Positions 1-12,025 of a stretch of DNA of 64,000 nucleotides are shown here, one piece after another (position 1 is the stretch's first letter; each line of letters opens with the position of its first letter). The stretch covers positions 102,009-166,008 of the forward strand of contig NMRA01000727.1 of assembly GCA_002633005.1 (NCBI GenBank), written 5' to 3'. Made by a program: the position numbers and the translations under genes. Below the pieces are notes generated by a model, which saw nothing but the letters and a program-made list of their open reading frames with translations, had not been told where the DNA came from and searched no databases. The DNA comes from Phoronis australis (Eukaryota; Animalia; Phoronida).

Positions 1-615
1 TCCACAATAAACTTATCAAAGTTTGGCTCACCGATCTGTTCACTGGACGACGAACTGTCCTCTTCACTGGGTGTCGAACTGAGCCTGTAATCACTCCCAC
101 TACTCAATATCGCTGCAGGGCTGCTTAGAGGCTCTGGGCTGGAGAAAACAGCACAGGGCGAATCATTACTGGTTCCAGGAATTGCACGCTCTGGGGGTAC
201 GTTCGGAGGCACGGGTGACAGTAGATGAAGTGCCTCCACTGGCTCCAGTCACTGTACTGGCCACAGCTCGCGAGGCTTCTCGCTCCAAAAACGCACTTCT
301 CGGGTGTGGCGACGGGGCACTGCCGGGAATCAACACAGACGGAATGGCATCCTTCTTCAGACGTTGTTTCGCAGAGACTTTCATCAGTTCATGGTACAAA
401 TCCATTTCGTAATCGGACGGCAGAAGGTGCTTGCCACACACACGGCAATTCTCCACTGCTTTGTACGTTGCGTGGACGGGTAACGCGGCGTTCTTCACAC
501 GAACGAGCCAAGTACGGCGAAGTGTGTCATCCATCGGAAAGCGATGCAAAGGTACTCCCAAAGAGCGCGTGAGCCGATAATAAGTACATCCTGGTACGCA
601 GCAACAGTGTGGTAT
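1..615 (-). pseudogene. THAP-domain transposase N-terminus (start codon reads ATA; frameshift/stop near 166)
   Basis: From 615: (I)PHCCVPGC...LHRFP...RRTWL...CRVCGKHL...RLKKDAIPSV, the C2CH THAP signature with the P, W and AVPTIF-like boxes. After a frameshift the Ser/Glu-rich linker continues to ...FDKFIV at the window edge. Confidence 0.8.
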
Positions 616-880
616 GTTGACTGACTAGTAAATGAAAACAAACGACGACGGAACTCAACACAACCGAGGTAGAACAGTGACTGACTCGGCAGCTCTCACA
701 GTCAGACTATATGAAAAGAAATTGGCGCGAAATGCTTGCCTCCTAAAACGTCACTTCCGGAGTAGCGGACGAGTAATTAATAAAATTACGAAAAGCTGTA
801 ATTAAGTGGGAAATATGTCTAGGATAGCCAACCAACCTTATTTTAGCTCAAAATGACATGGAAAAAGGTTTCCTTCGCCT
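1..880 (-). mobile_element. Kolobok-type DNA transposon, copy 1 (one terminus; continues left of the window), carrying a THAP-transposase 5' remnant
   Basis: Ends ...AAGGTTTCCTTCGCCT followed by TTAA (881-884). Positions 651-880 are the near-exact reverse complement of 19461-19690. It contains a THAP reading frame. TTAA TSD, 5'-AGG terminus and THAP together match the Kolobok superfamily. Confidence 0.8.
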
Positions 881-1321
881 TTAAGGGATACCTGCGTGCT
901 GGCTAACACCTAGCGGTACGCAGGAAACCTGCGAGGTGCTTCACCAGTACACCAATGCACTTATCTCGCGATCTCACTCTTCTTGTAAAAGATATACTGA
1001 AACGACTTAAAGGGCAAGGAAACCTTTTTTCGTGTCATTTTAGTAAAAATACGGTTCGTTGCTTATCTCAGACATATGCTTCAGTTAATTACGGCTCGCC
1101 TAATTTTATTAATTAGTCGTGCACTACTCCGGAAATGACTTTTAGGAGGTTAAGAATTTCCCACCATTTTGTTTTTAGTGCGTTCGAGTTACATGTACTG
1201 TGAGGATCTTTTCTACTGTTGATTTTGTGCTGTCTCCTAAAATTGTCATCAAAACCTAGGTCAAAAACTCAATTAAATTGGATTTAGGAATCTTTTAGTT
1301 TATAGTAGAAGTGGGTGGATA

Positions 1322-1441
1322 TATATGTTTGAGCCAGATTATAGTGAGATAGAATAAAGACTGAGGGACAGACGGGGTGGAACGTCTTGGTGCAAGTGCA
1401 AGGTGTTCACAGTTATGCCGACCTAAACGGAATGCCTATGT
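1322..1441 (+). pseudogene. KolX-like (P2X7 C-terminal/ballast-type Cys-rich) accessory gene remnant of Kolobok
   Basis: Translation YMFEPDYSEIE*RLRDRRGGTSWCKCKVFTVMPT*TECLC matches the YxFEP...WCxC..(C)..MPT..ECxCC motif. Two in-frame stops. Convergent with the transposase remnant inside the same TIRs. Confidence 0.65.
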
Positions 1442-1442
1442 A

Positions 1443-2150
1443 ATTCCCATCGGACAGTAACCTGAGCACTAAACCTGCTTATATTCAGCCGCGCGAGTCC
1501 ATCACCACACACCTGGCACCTTCTAAATAGTTCCAATACTTTAGTAAAGGCCACAATTAAACTTATCAAAGTTTGTCTCACCAGCCAGCTGGGTGTCGAA
1601 CTTGGCATGTATTCACAACCACTACATGTACGCAACAATGCTGGAGGGCTGCTTATAGGCTGTGGGCTGGAGACGACACCAGCAAAGGGCAAATTACTGG
1701 TTCTTTCCCCGGCTTTGTTGCACGCCCTGGGGTACGTTCAGAGACACGGTGACAGTAGATAGAGCGTCCCTAGTCACTACAGAGGTCACTGCTCGCGAGG
1801 CCACTCGCTTCAAAAATGCATTAGTCTCAGGGATGGCGACAGGGCACTGCCAGGAATCAACAGAGATGGCATGGCACCCTTTTCAGAGGTTGTTTTGAAG
1901 GAGCCTTTACCGAAGGCGAGTACATATCTCTTACGTAATCCAGACGGAAAATGCTTGCCACCCACTCCATACTTATTCTCCACTGCTTAGTTCGTGGCGT
2001 GGACGGTATCGCTGCGTACTTCACACGAACGAGCCAAGTACGGCGGAGCGTGCCATTTTTTCTGAAATCGGTGTACTGGCTGGCATACCCAAAGTGCGCG
2101 TGAGACCATAACGATCGAGTACACCCCGGTACGCGGCAACCGTGCGGTAT
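1443..2150 (-). pseudogene. Degenerate THAP-transposase 5' part
   Basis: IPHGCRVPGC...TLRRTWLVRVK (THAP, frameshifted), then IVAFTKVLELFRRCQVCG...QVTVRWE, a CxxC-containing block that follows THAP. Truncated at about 1443. Confidence 0.7.
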
Positions 2151-3359
2151 TAGTATACTGACTCTCGTAAACAAACACAAACGACAACCGAACATACATG
2201 TATCACAACCGAGGTCAACAATCGACAAGTCACACAAAGTACAGTACTGTGGACGTCAGACTATATATCAATTGAAAACAAAATGGCGGAAATTCTCAAC
2301 CCCCTAACGTCACCTCCGGCCGGGAGTAAGGTACATAACGGTCTAATCAATAAAAATACAAGAAGACGTTATTAATAGAAAAATGAGTCGGGCATATAAT
2401 CAACGAACCGTATTTTTACTAAAATTAACATCAATGAAAAAAGGTTGCTTTCTCCTTAATCTTCGCCCGCATTGCAGCCTAGGTTGAAGCGCTGGCAGGC
2501 ACTCACTCGGCAGTACGTCACGACCAATTGTGTACATGTATGCGCACCCCCCGGTTGTAACTCTTGCATACATGTATAAAGGACGAGTTTATTGCCTATT
2601 AAGCAAAGGTCGAACTTTGATCGGATTAAAGAAACACAATCAGAGGATTTGAATAAGATAGTAAGTAGTATAAACAATGCTCCGAGTTTCAGAAGAATTA
2701 ATGAACGTTGGCAAAGTGTGTGTGTGTGAAATACGTGTATGAGTCACCACCAGATACACAACTGTAGATTAAGAGTCTTCCAATGATTTCCCTCAAGTCA
2801 TACATGTATCAATTAGAACGGAGGTTTGCAGATCCACTTTATTTCTTGTGAGCCATGCCCCGGCTGATCGACAGCGCGCCAGAGGCAGAGAGGACTCCGG
2901 TAGTCAAGTTGTGAGCTGTTGCGTGGCCACTAGTGTTGTTGCTTCTGAAACGAATTCCACTTTCGGTAGAAACAATAGAAACAATGATTCGATATATTCA
3001 GACAAGGTTGTCAGAATCAACCGCACCCAGGGGTATGCCGTCTTAGTCGGTAGGCCAGATCTCATAGCGTTCATCCTTGTGAGTACTTTGGGGGGGGGGG
3101 GGNNNNNNNNNNNNNNNNNNNNNNNNNNNNNNNNNNNNNNNNNNNNNNNNNNNNNNNNNNNNNNNNNNNNNNNNNNNNNNNNNNNNNNNNNNNNNNNNNN
3201 NNNNNNNNNNNNNNNNNNNNNNNNNNNNNNNNNNNNNNNNNNNNNNNNNNNNNNNNNNNNNNNNNNNNNNNNNNNNNNNNNNNNNNNNNNNNNNNNNNNN
3301 NNNNNNNNNNNNNNNNNNNNNNNNNNNNNNNNNNNNNNNNNNNNNNNNNNNNNNNNNNN

Positions 3360-6300
3360 TAGTTTTTTCTATGTGGCTAGATAATATATCTATAAATCAA
3401 ATTCCAAAAAGTTCCCACGTCTACACTTGCACATTTTTTGAAAAAAGGTGTTTTTTGCAAGAAATATTATGCACTACATTCCTGCCACTTGGTGGCGCTT
3501 TTTTTTGAATTGACCAATCAGAGAGCCAGATTGTGTTGTTGTGCTTAGTTACATGTACTTCAATATGGCAGCTCCCATGTGGTGTGGTGCCTGTATAATT
3601 AAAAGTTTATCAAACAGCACAAAATTGTGATGCCAGAACCTGAAGAAGCTTAGAGAAGCTTCCTGACGAAAGCTGATGGACTGTGGAATTCCGTGCAGAT
3701 CAGTAGATCAAAAGGAAGAAAAGGTGTCACAAACGTTTGTGCAGAAAACAACTGCATGTCCTGCTATAGCCTATATTACAAACTACAGTATACTGTTGTG
3801 GAAGACCAAGTGTCAGCCCAAAAATTGAAAGGACATAGAAAGTAATAGCAACGTTTCAAGACACCAGCAGTAGTAGGCCTACTAAGGCTGAAGCTGTTGA
3901 AAGTGATACAGATGTTACCCAAAATTTCCCGAGAAAATCAATTAGACTTCCAAAATCTGAAACACCCAATCAACCTGAACAAGATAGGCACATTCTGAAA
4001 CAAGAGTGCATCATTTGTTAGCAGGAAAAGTATATTATGGACCACATTTCAAGAAAGAGAAAGAAGTAACAACTTTAATGCTTTGAAAAAAATGAGGTAC
4101 GTGTTTTGGAAAGGTACATCTTGGTGTTTTTCAAGTGTGTTTCAGTACTATCATCAGTTGTTTATTTAACTTGTTCAGTCCCTTGGCTGCCTAGGCCTTA
4201 GACAGTTCCTCTGACCCAGTAGAGACGGTGATCATACCATAGGTACTCCATATGCCGGATGCTTTTCGACAAATTATGCATCGCTCTGGTTAAATCATAA
4301 GTCAGGTTCCTATAAATTTAGAAGTACCGCATAGAGAGATGCCTCTGAGGAGGCCGTTAATGTTTTCATTTGTTCCCAGTTTAAACAAATACTCCTGCAT
4401 TCCTGTTTTTCGAACACTGCCTTGTTCAGTTGCCATATCATCACTGCTTGCGCCAGGGGATAATCATATGGCGTTATACTGTGGGTGTGATTTTAGGCAC
4501 TTTAAGTCAAAAATTTTTGAGAAGGTTAAATGGATTAGATGGTTGCAATCAACATTCCAAAGTGGCTGTCATCCTCTGCCGTAAGCCTGGGATAGGGGGA
4601 ACCTCGTCTCAATTTTTTGTAAACATAGTTACTTAGGTAGCTACAATGGTAATTGAATTCCTAAGTTGCAAGTGTCCCCGTCGTAATTTGAGGACAGTGG
4701 AAGCCACTGTCCATTTCGTCAAACGTTGCCTTAGTGTAAATCGCTTGACTATGGTACATGTACATATGAGCATCTGATTAAAAAAAAAATTAATAATTTC
4801 AATCACTGCACTGGTATATCAGCTGATTTAGTTCCAGTTGCATCAACTAATCTAATTATTAGACGATCAACATTTTTAGGCGACAGATCAGACGGCATGT
4901 AAATTTGTTAGGCTGGTGGTGGATCAGTTCCTGACAAGTCCGTCTGAAAAATTTGCATGCCAACTCACTCATAGTTAAATGTTAAATTAGTGTAAATAGT
5001 TCGGGTTTTTTAGTTGGGCTTGTATCGCGAGCAACAGCTCAGTCCAGAGCCCTGTATATGCAAATGAAATTCAAAGATAAAGACCTTGTGTCTTAGAAGC
5101 GAAGTACACGTACCGCAAACCATCGTGCTACAAAAATTACAATGACAAAGATTGTGAAGAGTGACGAATCCACGGTTTTCAGAGATGTTTTACTACAGTT
5201 TTGTTTGGAGTTCATTGAATCATGGCTTCTAACACATGGATATGTCATTTGCCTTTCAAAACTAATTTTGAAGCTGTTCTTCAGAAAGCTGGTGTGCATG
5301 ACGTTATTTGGACAGGCAACCTTAAGAAACGACTGTTGAAGCTACTCACTCTTGTAGTTTGTGCCCGACTAAGAGATACGAAAACGAATTGAGGCTAGTG
5401 TTCAATAATTCACTTGCTGTCTCTAATTAACACAGCCCATTATAACGTATTTTGAATCAAACGTTTGCCCAAATCCTGCCCGCCTCCAAACAAGGACTTA
5501 GTGTTCGATCCTTCATTGCATGCGGGCCATCCCCAGTGCGCAGTGTTGTATTCTCTCTTATCAACCATAGTTGGCTCCTTGGAAGTGGAGCGTTGCAATT
5601 AAAATGTATGGCAATGCCCACAGCTCCATTGACAGTACTAAACGATGAACGCTGCAAGTGCAAAAATGCAAAAAGAACATTTGTGCTGGGAAACTGGGCT
5701 TGTGCTGCAATGCTGGGTCAAACTGTACAGAAATGTGCAGCTGTGACAACTGGAGTAACATCAGCAACACTGACTGCATAACATTGGATTGTTCTTTGAC
5801 AAGTCAACCCTAAATAGACCTCCAACCCCGTTATTTCGTTTTTTTTTGTATAAAAAAGTGAATTTTATTTGTTGATTAAGTCATAGAAAGTACATACTTT
5901 GATCATTGTCATGTATTTGTCTCATACTGCTTGATAAACGCTGTCAGAATAATGTATTATTTTCATTTTGTCTGTGTGCACATTCACAGAGATCATTCAA
6001 CTATATCGTTTTTGTACTGTAATGTATTTCTAGTGTATTATTCAAACAAGCTACATTTTACACCATTAGTCAATGGTTCAGTCATTGAGGCACACATTTT
6101 GCCCAGTCTCAAGTGTTTTGTTTTAGTGTTGTTGCCAGACAATGCCAGAATAATCTCTTAGTAACATTCAGACTTAGTTTGCATTTCTGCCACTAAGTGT
6201 CACTTTACATTTTTTAAATTTTACTGTTTACTATAAGTGTACAATAGTAAAACATGTAATATGAGTGTATTATTGTTCAATTCAATTATATAGATGAGAT

Positions 6301-6548
6301 CATGTTACTTGTTTTACAAAAAGATATCAAAAACGGTTGTTTTTACAAATATAAGTTCTCTAAGCTCTATGGTGGTTATGCAACTTCAAACTCAAATTTC
6401 TCAAAAATGTGCAACTTTGTATGTGGGAACTTTTTGATTTTGAAAACACTCTAGTAAATGAATTAAAGAACAACAAATTCTTGCCCACCGCCTATCTCGG
6501 CCACTTTCAAAACAGAAAACTGGGTCAAATTAGGCTTTGCACAGCGTG
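3360..6548 (+). mobile_element. Degenerate Academ-like DNA transposon relic (left end probably in the N gap)
   Basis: Subterminal inverted repeat, 3405-3445 CAAAAAGTTCCCAC...TTGCACATTTTT versus 6397-6436. Decayed ORF pieces: ILKQECIIC*QEKY...RKRKK (~3990-4065), and MPTAPLTVL...RCKCK + frameshift NICAGKLGLCCNAGSNCTEMCSCDN (~5610-5755). The latter is a C-terminal CXC/Cys8 finger of the kind found in Academ proteins. Confidence 0.5.
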
Positions 6549-6558
6549 GAGTACTCAC

Positions 6559-6737
6559 AATTGACCTATCGCCAGGATTTTGAGAAACGGCTTAACTGAC
6601 CATTTAGAACGCAGCATTATTGACACACATTTTTTTCCAAGCCGCCATTTTATCCGACAAACAACACACGTTGCCGGGTAAAACTGACGTTTGTTAGTCG
6701 ACATTACGCAAGGGGGCGAGGTTGCGATAGGTCAATT
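6559..6737. mobile_element. Small palindromic MITE
   Basis: Perfect 14-bp inverted termini AATTGACCTATCGC / GCGATAGGTCAATT. Confidence 0.5.
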
Positions 6738-6791
6738 ACGGTGTGAAGCCATTTTGGCATCAGTGTTTAAATAGTGGAATGTTTATAATCG

Positions 6792-6931
6792 CATGTGCGC
6801 ACCCAGGGAGGGCTCGAGGGGCTCGAACGAGCCCCCCATTTGGCGAAGTGGACAAAAAGTTCCCATTCAAAGGAAAAGTCCACTAAAAAGGCGCAAACGC
6901 ACAATTCACAGCTCTGGACCCCGGTGGTACC
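6792..6931 (+). mobile_element. MITE family C fragment (CATGxGCGCACCC termini)
   Basis: Shares AAAAGTCCACTAAAAAG and CACAATTCACAGCTCTGG with the copies at 15859-16055 and 29139-29372. Confidence 0.55.
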
Positions 6932-9134
6932 GTGTTTTGGAAGCTAACTTTGATTTGGACTTCAGCATTGACCAAATCTAATGACGAGAACTGGATTTGG
7001 AGGAGGATTCAGTCTGAGGTACAGTAAGTGACAGATATGAGGACCAAGTTGACGACTAAGTGGAAGTCTAACAATTCGCAGAGTTGAAAAAAATGAAAAC
7101 ACTAAAAAAAAAAGAAAAAAAAACTGCGATTGGCCTCAGAACTTTTTGAAACCTACCTTTTTAGTGAGTGTCGTTGGCTAAAGAGGAAGAAATTAGATTC
7201 AGCAAAGAAATGGGGGCTAGATCTAAAGTATGTGGTGTAAATATTCGACATCGTGAAAATGCTCACTAGGGGTGCATCAACCTCGTCTTGTAACATACCC
7301 ATATAAAACCCAAGTATAGTGGCATTTTTATTATCATGGATTTTTTGCAAATAGGTTTCAAATAAAGAGACGACGACGCTTTCTTTTCATTTTCGGACGG
7401 ATTTGGCGTATTCCGCGCTAACCGTTGGTCAATTAAAAAAGAGTGACGTTTTTAACGTTACACTCTCCATCCATTAAACCATTTGAAGGATCATTATTAA
7501 AATTGGGAGATGTGCTTCTGATGAGATGATGGAAGCTGGTGTTAATTTTCGGACAAGTTCAATTACTCTGGCGCCCCCTAGAGTTATTTTTGCGTCCACA
7601 GCTGTATCTCTCTTAACCCTTTGCAAAATGTTTGGAAAATTTATCAGATGACAACACAGTCTAACAACAGCTGTGCTCCCTAGTGGCAATTTTATTTTTC
7701 ACGTTTGCCTCTAACTTCGAATTTCCTTGATGCTTTTTCATGAAATCTGACAAGTTTCTATTATGAATACTAAGGCACCTTTCCGTTTTTTGATTGATTC
7801 GACGTATTCTGCACCAACTAGTGGCCCCTTTAATTAAGTTTAATCTATTTAATATGTATCTGTCAAACCTTTCAGAGGATCATTATGCAAGTTGGCAGAT
7901 GAGTTCCTACTGGTAAGAGCATGACTGATGTGTATTTTCAGATGGGTTTAAATACTGTGGAGTCCCCTAGTGATATTTTTGCATCTACGCCTCTATTTTC
8001 TAAAACCCCTACAAGATGTTTTTGAGACTCTGCAATCGTATTCAAGGCAAATTGTTTTTCTTTTGCGTTTGCCTTTGTCTCTTTGGAGTTTGTAGATGGA
8101 CTTCAATGTTGTTTAATGACCCTTTTCATGATACCAAAACACCATGAATAAACCACACCACTTGCGATACAGTCCTGGGCGCACGTTGCTCTGGTTAGGA
8201 ATTGAATGATTCTTTTTAGGAGGAATTTGACAAAATTTTCGTTTCAATTCTTGTTTGTCAAATGAATTTTTTTTTCAAAATGTAAGTAAGTGAACTACAT
8301 GTAAACACTCTTAGCAATGATAGCACATTCTTAAATACGGCAAGATTCCAACTGCTCCTAAGCTAATTACTTGTTCAGCATGTCAATCACATTTCTCAAA
8401 GGATGCAAATAAGACTGAACTTTACATTACATGACATTTATCTTCTAATGACCAGGCCTTTAAGAAATATTCCGGCACAGATGATGCACAACGCTATGCT
8501 AAAGGCGTCATCGCTCAACGATAATCATTCACACTGTATTCACAGAGTTAATCGAGCGTTGCGAGCAAGATCCTAAAACGTACTTAACACGTCTGCATAC
8601 CAAAGTATAAAAGGACACGTTTTCCATGCAAATTTATGTCAAAATTATCGAATCACGAATATCGGTTCAGTACAAGTTTTAATAGTGCTTGTAGACATCA
8701 CTTTTCAAGTGCATTTAGTTGACTCAACATATCGGATATGCTCTGGCTCGTCTAACTAAAAGTACCCAGGCTAGACGCGGCCGTTCAAAGAACAAACCCA
8801 GCAGTTGATACATGTAACTTTCTCTTTTGAACATGTTTTGCTGTTCTTTCTTTTCTTGCGACTGTCCTACACCTACATGTATGCCGGCCGTCATATCGTC
8901 ATCTTCATGGCGTCGCCCTGCAAATTAATGATGCTGACCACGAGAGGTCTCTGGCAGTGATATGTTAATTGACTTGAAATGAGTGGATATGCGAGAATCA
9001 ACTTAAAATGCAAGTGCATAATGTGGAGTGTCGTTTATTTCCAATGTTAGGTGATTTCTATGAGCCACGTGGCTGAAAAGAAGAAAGCAACTTCAATTTC
9101 GTTCCAAAATAGAGTTAGTGCAGGGCCATTCAGG

Positions 9135-9602
9135 CAGGACTTTATCCATGATTTTGAAAATAGGGTGTTCAAAATGGGGTTCCCAATATTCCAGGGCGTC
9201 CATGATTCTGACGCGTAACCCCCCACCCCCAGCAATACCCCCAAACACACAGACTTTTTTTTACAAAAAAATGCATAGATCAAGGTTTTTACATCTAAGT
9301 TCATCAAACAGCCTTCTATGGTGAGCATTTTTACTAAAAAACTGTGTAGACCAAGACTTTTACAATGCTGTTAATCAAGTGTCAAAATAGCAACAATGTA
9401 TACACATTGTATATTTCTTTCTGCTTTGAAAAAAGAGCCCCCAGCCTTCAGAGGCTTCCCAGTATTCATTACAATGTGTGAGTCCAAACTTGAAAGGTTC
9501 CTATTGACAGTGGGCGTCCAAATGATACATTGGGCGTCCTTGCCAGGGCCTCCAGATTAGTGCTAGGGCGTCCAACCGGGACGTACGCTGCATAAAGGCC
9601 TG
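9135..9602. mobile_element. hAT-type MITE
   Basis: TIR CAGGACTTTAT / ATAAAGGCCTG. Perfect 8-bp TSD CATTCAGG (9127-9134, 9603-9610). Repeated subterminal GGGCGTCC motifs. Confidence 0.8.
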
Positions 9603-10458
9603 CATTCAGGGCCATTCAAGCTTATTGTGTTGTGACCGATGTGGTCAACTGTGGCATATTTTCAATTAACCTGAGCCTAGTGGCAGGTCGTAACAAAATA
9701 AATGACCTGTACGCCTACGCCAGTTCATTGGCGGAGCATTTGTTGGGTCCATTTGTTTCGAATGATTGTCCACAATATTTTTTGCGGCTGAAATTTATGG
9801 TGAATAACATATGCTTATCATTTTGACAGGTGAGTTAACACGCTATAGTAAAACTGCAGGTACATGTACATATATATGTTTGTCCATCAGCAGTTCTAAA
9901 TGTATCAAGTCTGCTTAAATGATTTATTGTCGGCGGATCGTGTTAGACTCGGTCACATGACAACCAGACACTACATAGCACATGGAAATCAAATAGGTTA
10001 CGAAATATGATTCTTTTTTGGGGAACTATATGGATCAGTATTGATAGTGACTGGTACACTAGTTGTCAAGTGGAGTAATAGTACATGTAGATGCAATGAA
10101 GTTGCTATGACATCTTTATTTGTCTATTCCTACAGTAATAACAGGGATATTTCTTAGGGCCACCGCAGATGGATAGTAGGTGCGGCTGCGTACCAACGGA
10201 CATTTTGCCTGACGTCATTGGTAGCCGCAGACAGCGAGCCTGACTTGTCCCTGGCTGATGTTAACTACGCACATGTACTTGGTAGTAAATAGCTTACATG
10301 CAGTAGATGTACCTGTACGCACTGGTTCTAAGGAGACAGTGTGATAGAATTGATATGGTCATGCATGTGATGCTGTAATTAATTTTCACTGGCTATTGAG
10401 GTACATGTAATCGACTAAGCCATTAGGTCGCCTGCCTCCAGTCGCCGCTGCATGCTAT

Positions 10459-11126
10459 GGAGGCACTGAACAGTTCTCACAGGGGTTTGCCGGTCAGAAC
10501 ACACGTCAATGGACTCTTCACACTTTCTTCACTCTGTCAAAAACTGCAGGCAAATAAAAAAAAAGTTTTGAGTCATTTCACATCACAATTAGCCCTACAC
10601 ATGAGCACAGAAACTTTGTTATCTCTTATATTTTTGACCCTTTCACTCCCAGTGGAATCCAAGTCAGCGGACTAAGAAAAATAAGGGCAAAAATGCAAAA
10701 TCGGCAGTTTTCACCCCAAAACCCCTATTTCCCTGCCGATGCTCGACTAAAGCCAACATTAGATTCCGAAAGCAAATTTCCTGCCGATTCCAAAAATGTG
10801 GTCCAAAAGTACTGTTAACCGACTATTTTTTTTTGCAAATCTGGCTTCTTTGAGGGCTACCTGAAATCGTGGCCAATTACTCACAGTTGCTACACAGCAA
10901 TGCACAATTGCAACAGGGGGCCACCATCTTCAAGAAGAGTGCAGATACAGCCAAGAATGTGGCCTTTTTTAATTCTCAGCATATTCACAAATACAAACAA
11001 TCCACATTCACTTGGCCTACATACAATAGCTAACTAAAAATGCCCCCAAGCCTGGCCTTCCCCTAGATTTTAATATTTTTGCAGTGCAAATTGGCCGCGG
11101 CCGCAGTCTAACTGTTCAGTGCCACC
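10459..11126. mobile_element. MITE with GG termini and 3-bp TSD (PIF/Harbinger- or Zator-like)
   Basis: TIR GGAGGCACTGAACAGTT / AACTGTTCAGTGCCACC (1 mismatch), flanked by TAT on both sides. Confidence 0.65.
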
Positions 11127-11936
11127 TATACAGATAAATGTTCGCCAAGTAAAAGAAAACCAAACAAGTGAAACACTTGCCTTGCTGCGTAACTACAAGG
11201 AGTGGTTCATTTTGCCTCAAACTTGAGTTATGATCTGAGCTCATTTGCAGCCCATCCGTGTCGCCTATTAGCTTGCGTGATTCAATAATTACGAATCCAC
11301 TGCCGGTTGTGTTCTAACGCTTCCATGATATACATGTCAAAGTGTCTAGAAAATAAATTGTCATTTTTTTGACCCACATATTTGTGAATCCTTTAAAGTG
11401 AACATACCTGTGGTTAGATACCGTAATTTTTTTCAAAGCTTGAGTGGTGAAACGACTGTCTCATTCTTTTGGAAACTGTTTTCGCCGTACACAACATGAC
11501 TAGGCAGTCTCGGAAACGATTCTTCATTGGAACACTAGATACAGGTAGTGTTGCGTAGACGAAGTTTCTTACGAGAAAAGCGAGATCACGCAAGACCATC
11601 ACATGACACTAAATCGCGCGTTTGTCTTGCGAATATGCTCAAGGTAATCTGGCAAGTGTGACCACTGACCGAGGGAGGTGATTTGTCTTGTCGGTAAGGT
11701 TGGAATGTTGAACTAAGGGACGAAACTAAACGAATGCATTTTGGTATATAATGCCCTTCTGTCAGTCACCACTGAGGTAGCGATACTGGCTCCACTGAGT
11801 CCGCTCTCAGCCACGACAATTGCCATACTGTAGTATGAAACTGCATATGTCGTAGAAATTGAGATTTCGGGAGTCTGCTGACAAGAGATTATTTTGAAAT
11901 CTAAAGTAGAAAGTCAGTAGTGAAAGGACCATTAAC

Positions 11937-12025
11937 CATGGGCGGTGTACCGCTATAGGGGGCTACTAATGAGGAGGGGGGGGCTATAGCCCTCCATTTT
12001 TTTCCGCATTGCTGCGCCGTCCATG
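11937..12025. mobile_element. MITE family A monomer (CATGGGCGG termini, 5-bp TSD; hAT5-like)
   Basis: CATGGGCGG...CCGTCCATG with TSD TTAAC. Homologous to the copies at 22198, 33909 and 36896. Confidence 0.7.

Larger units (their letters stand above)
1011..2455 (-). mobile_element. Kolobok-type non-autonomous element, copy 2 (older, internally deleted)
   Basis: TTAA at 1007-1010 and 2456-2459. Degenerate inverted termini of about 165 bp (AGGGCAAGGAAACCTTTTT... / ...AAAAAGGTTGCTTTCTCC) are homologous to the copy 1 and copy 3 ends. Interior 1545-2270 aligns with 1-710. Confidence 0.8.

Noticed and set aside
166-615. Domesticated host THAP gene
   Set aside because: Lies inside TIR/TTAA-bounded multi-copy elements, lacks an ATG and is frameshifted downstream.
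3639-3675. Hammerhead-ribozyme-like CTGAAGA-stem-...-GAAA
   Set aside because: GAAA does not follow stem II directly and stems I/III cannot be formed.
9811-9835. ATG-MLIILT with a strong phase-1 donor as the ALP first exon
   Set aside because: Too short for a signal peptide and has an in-frame stop just upstream. It could be a UTR exon but is unsupported.
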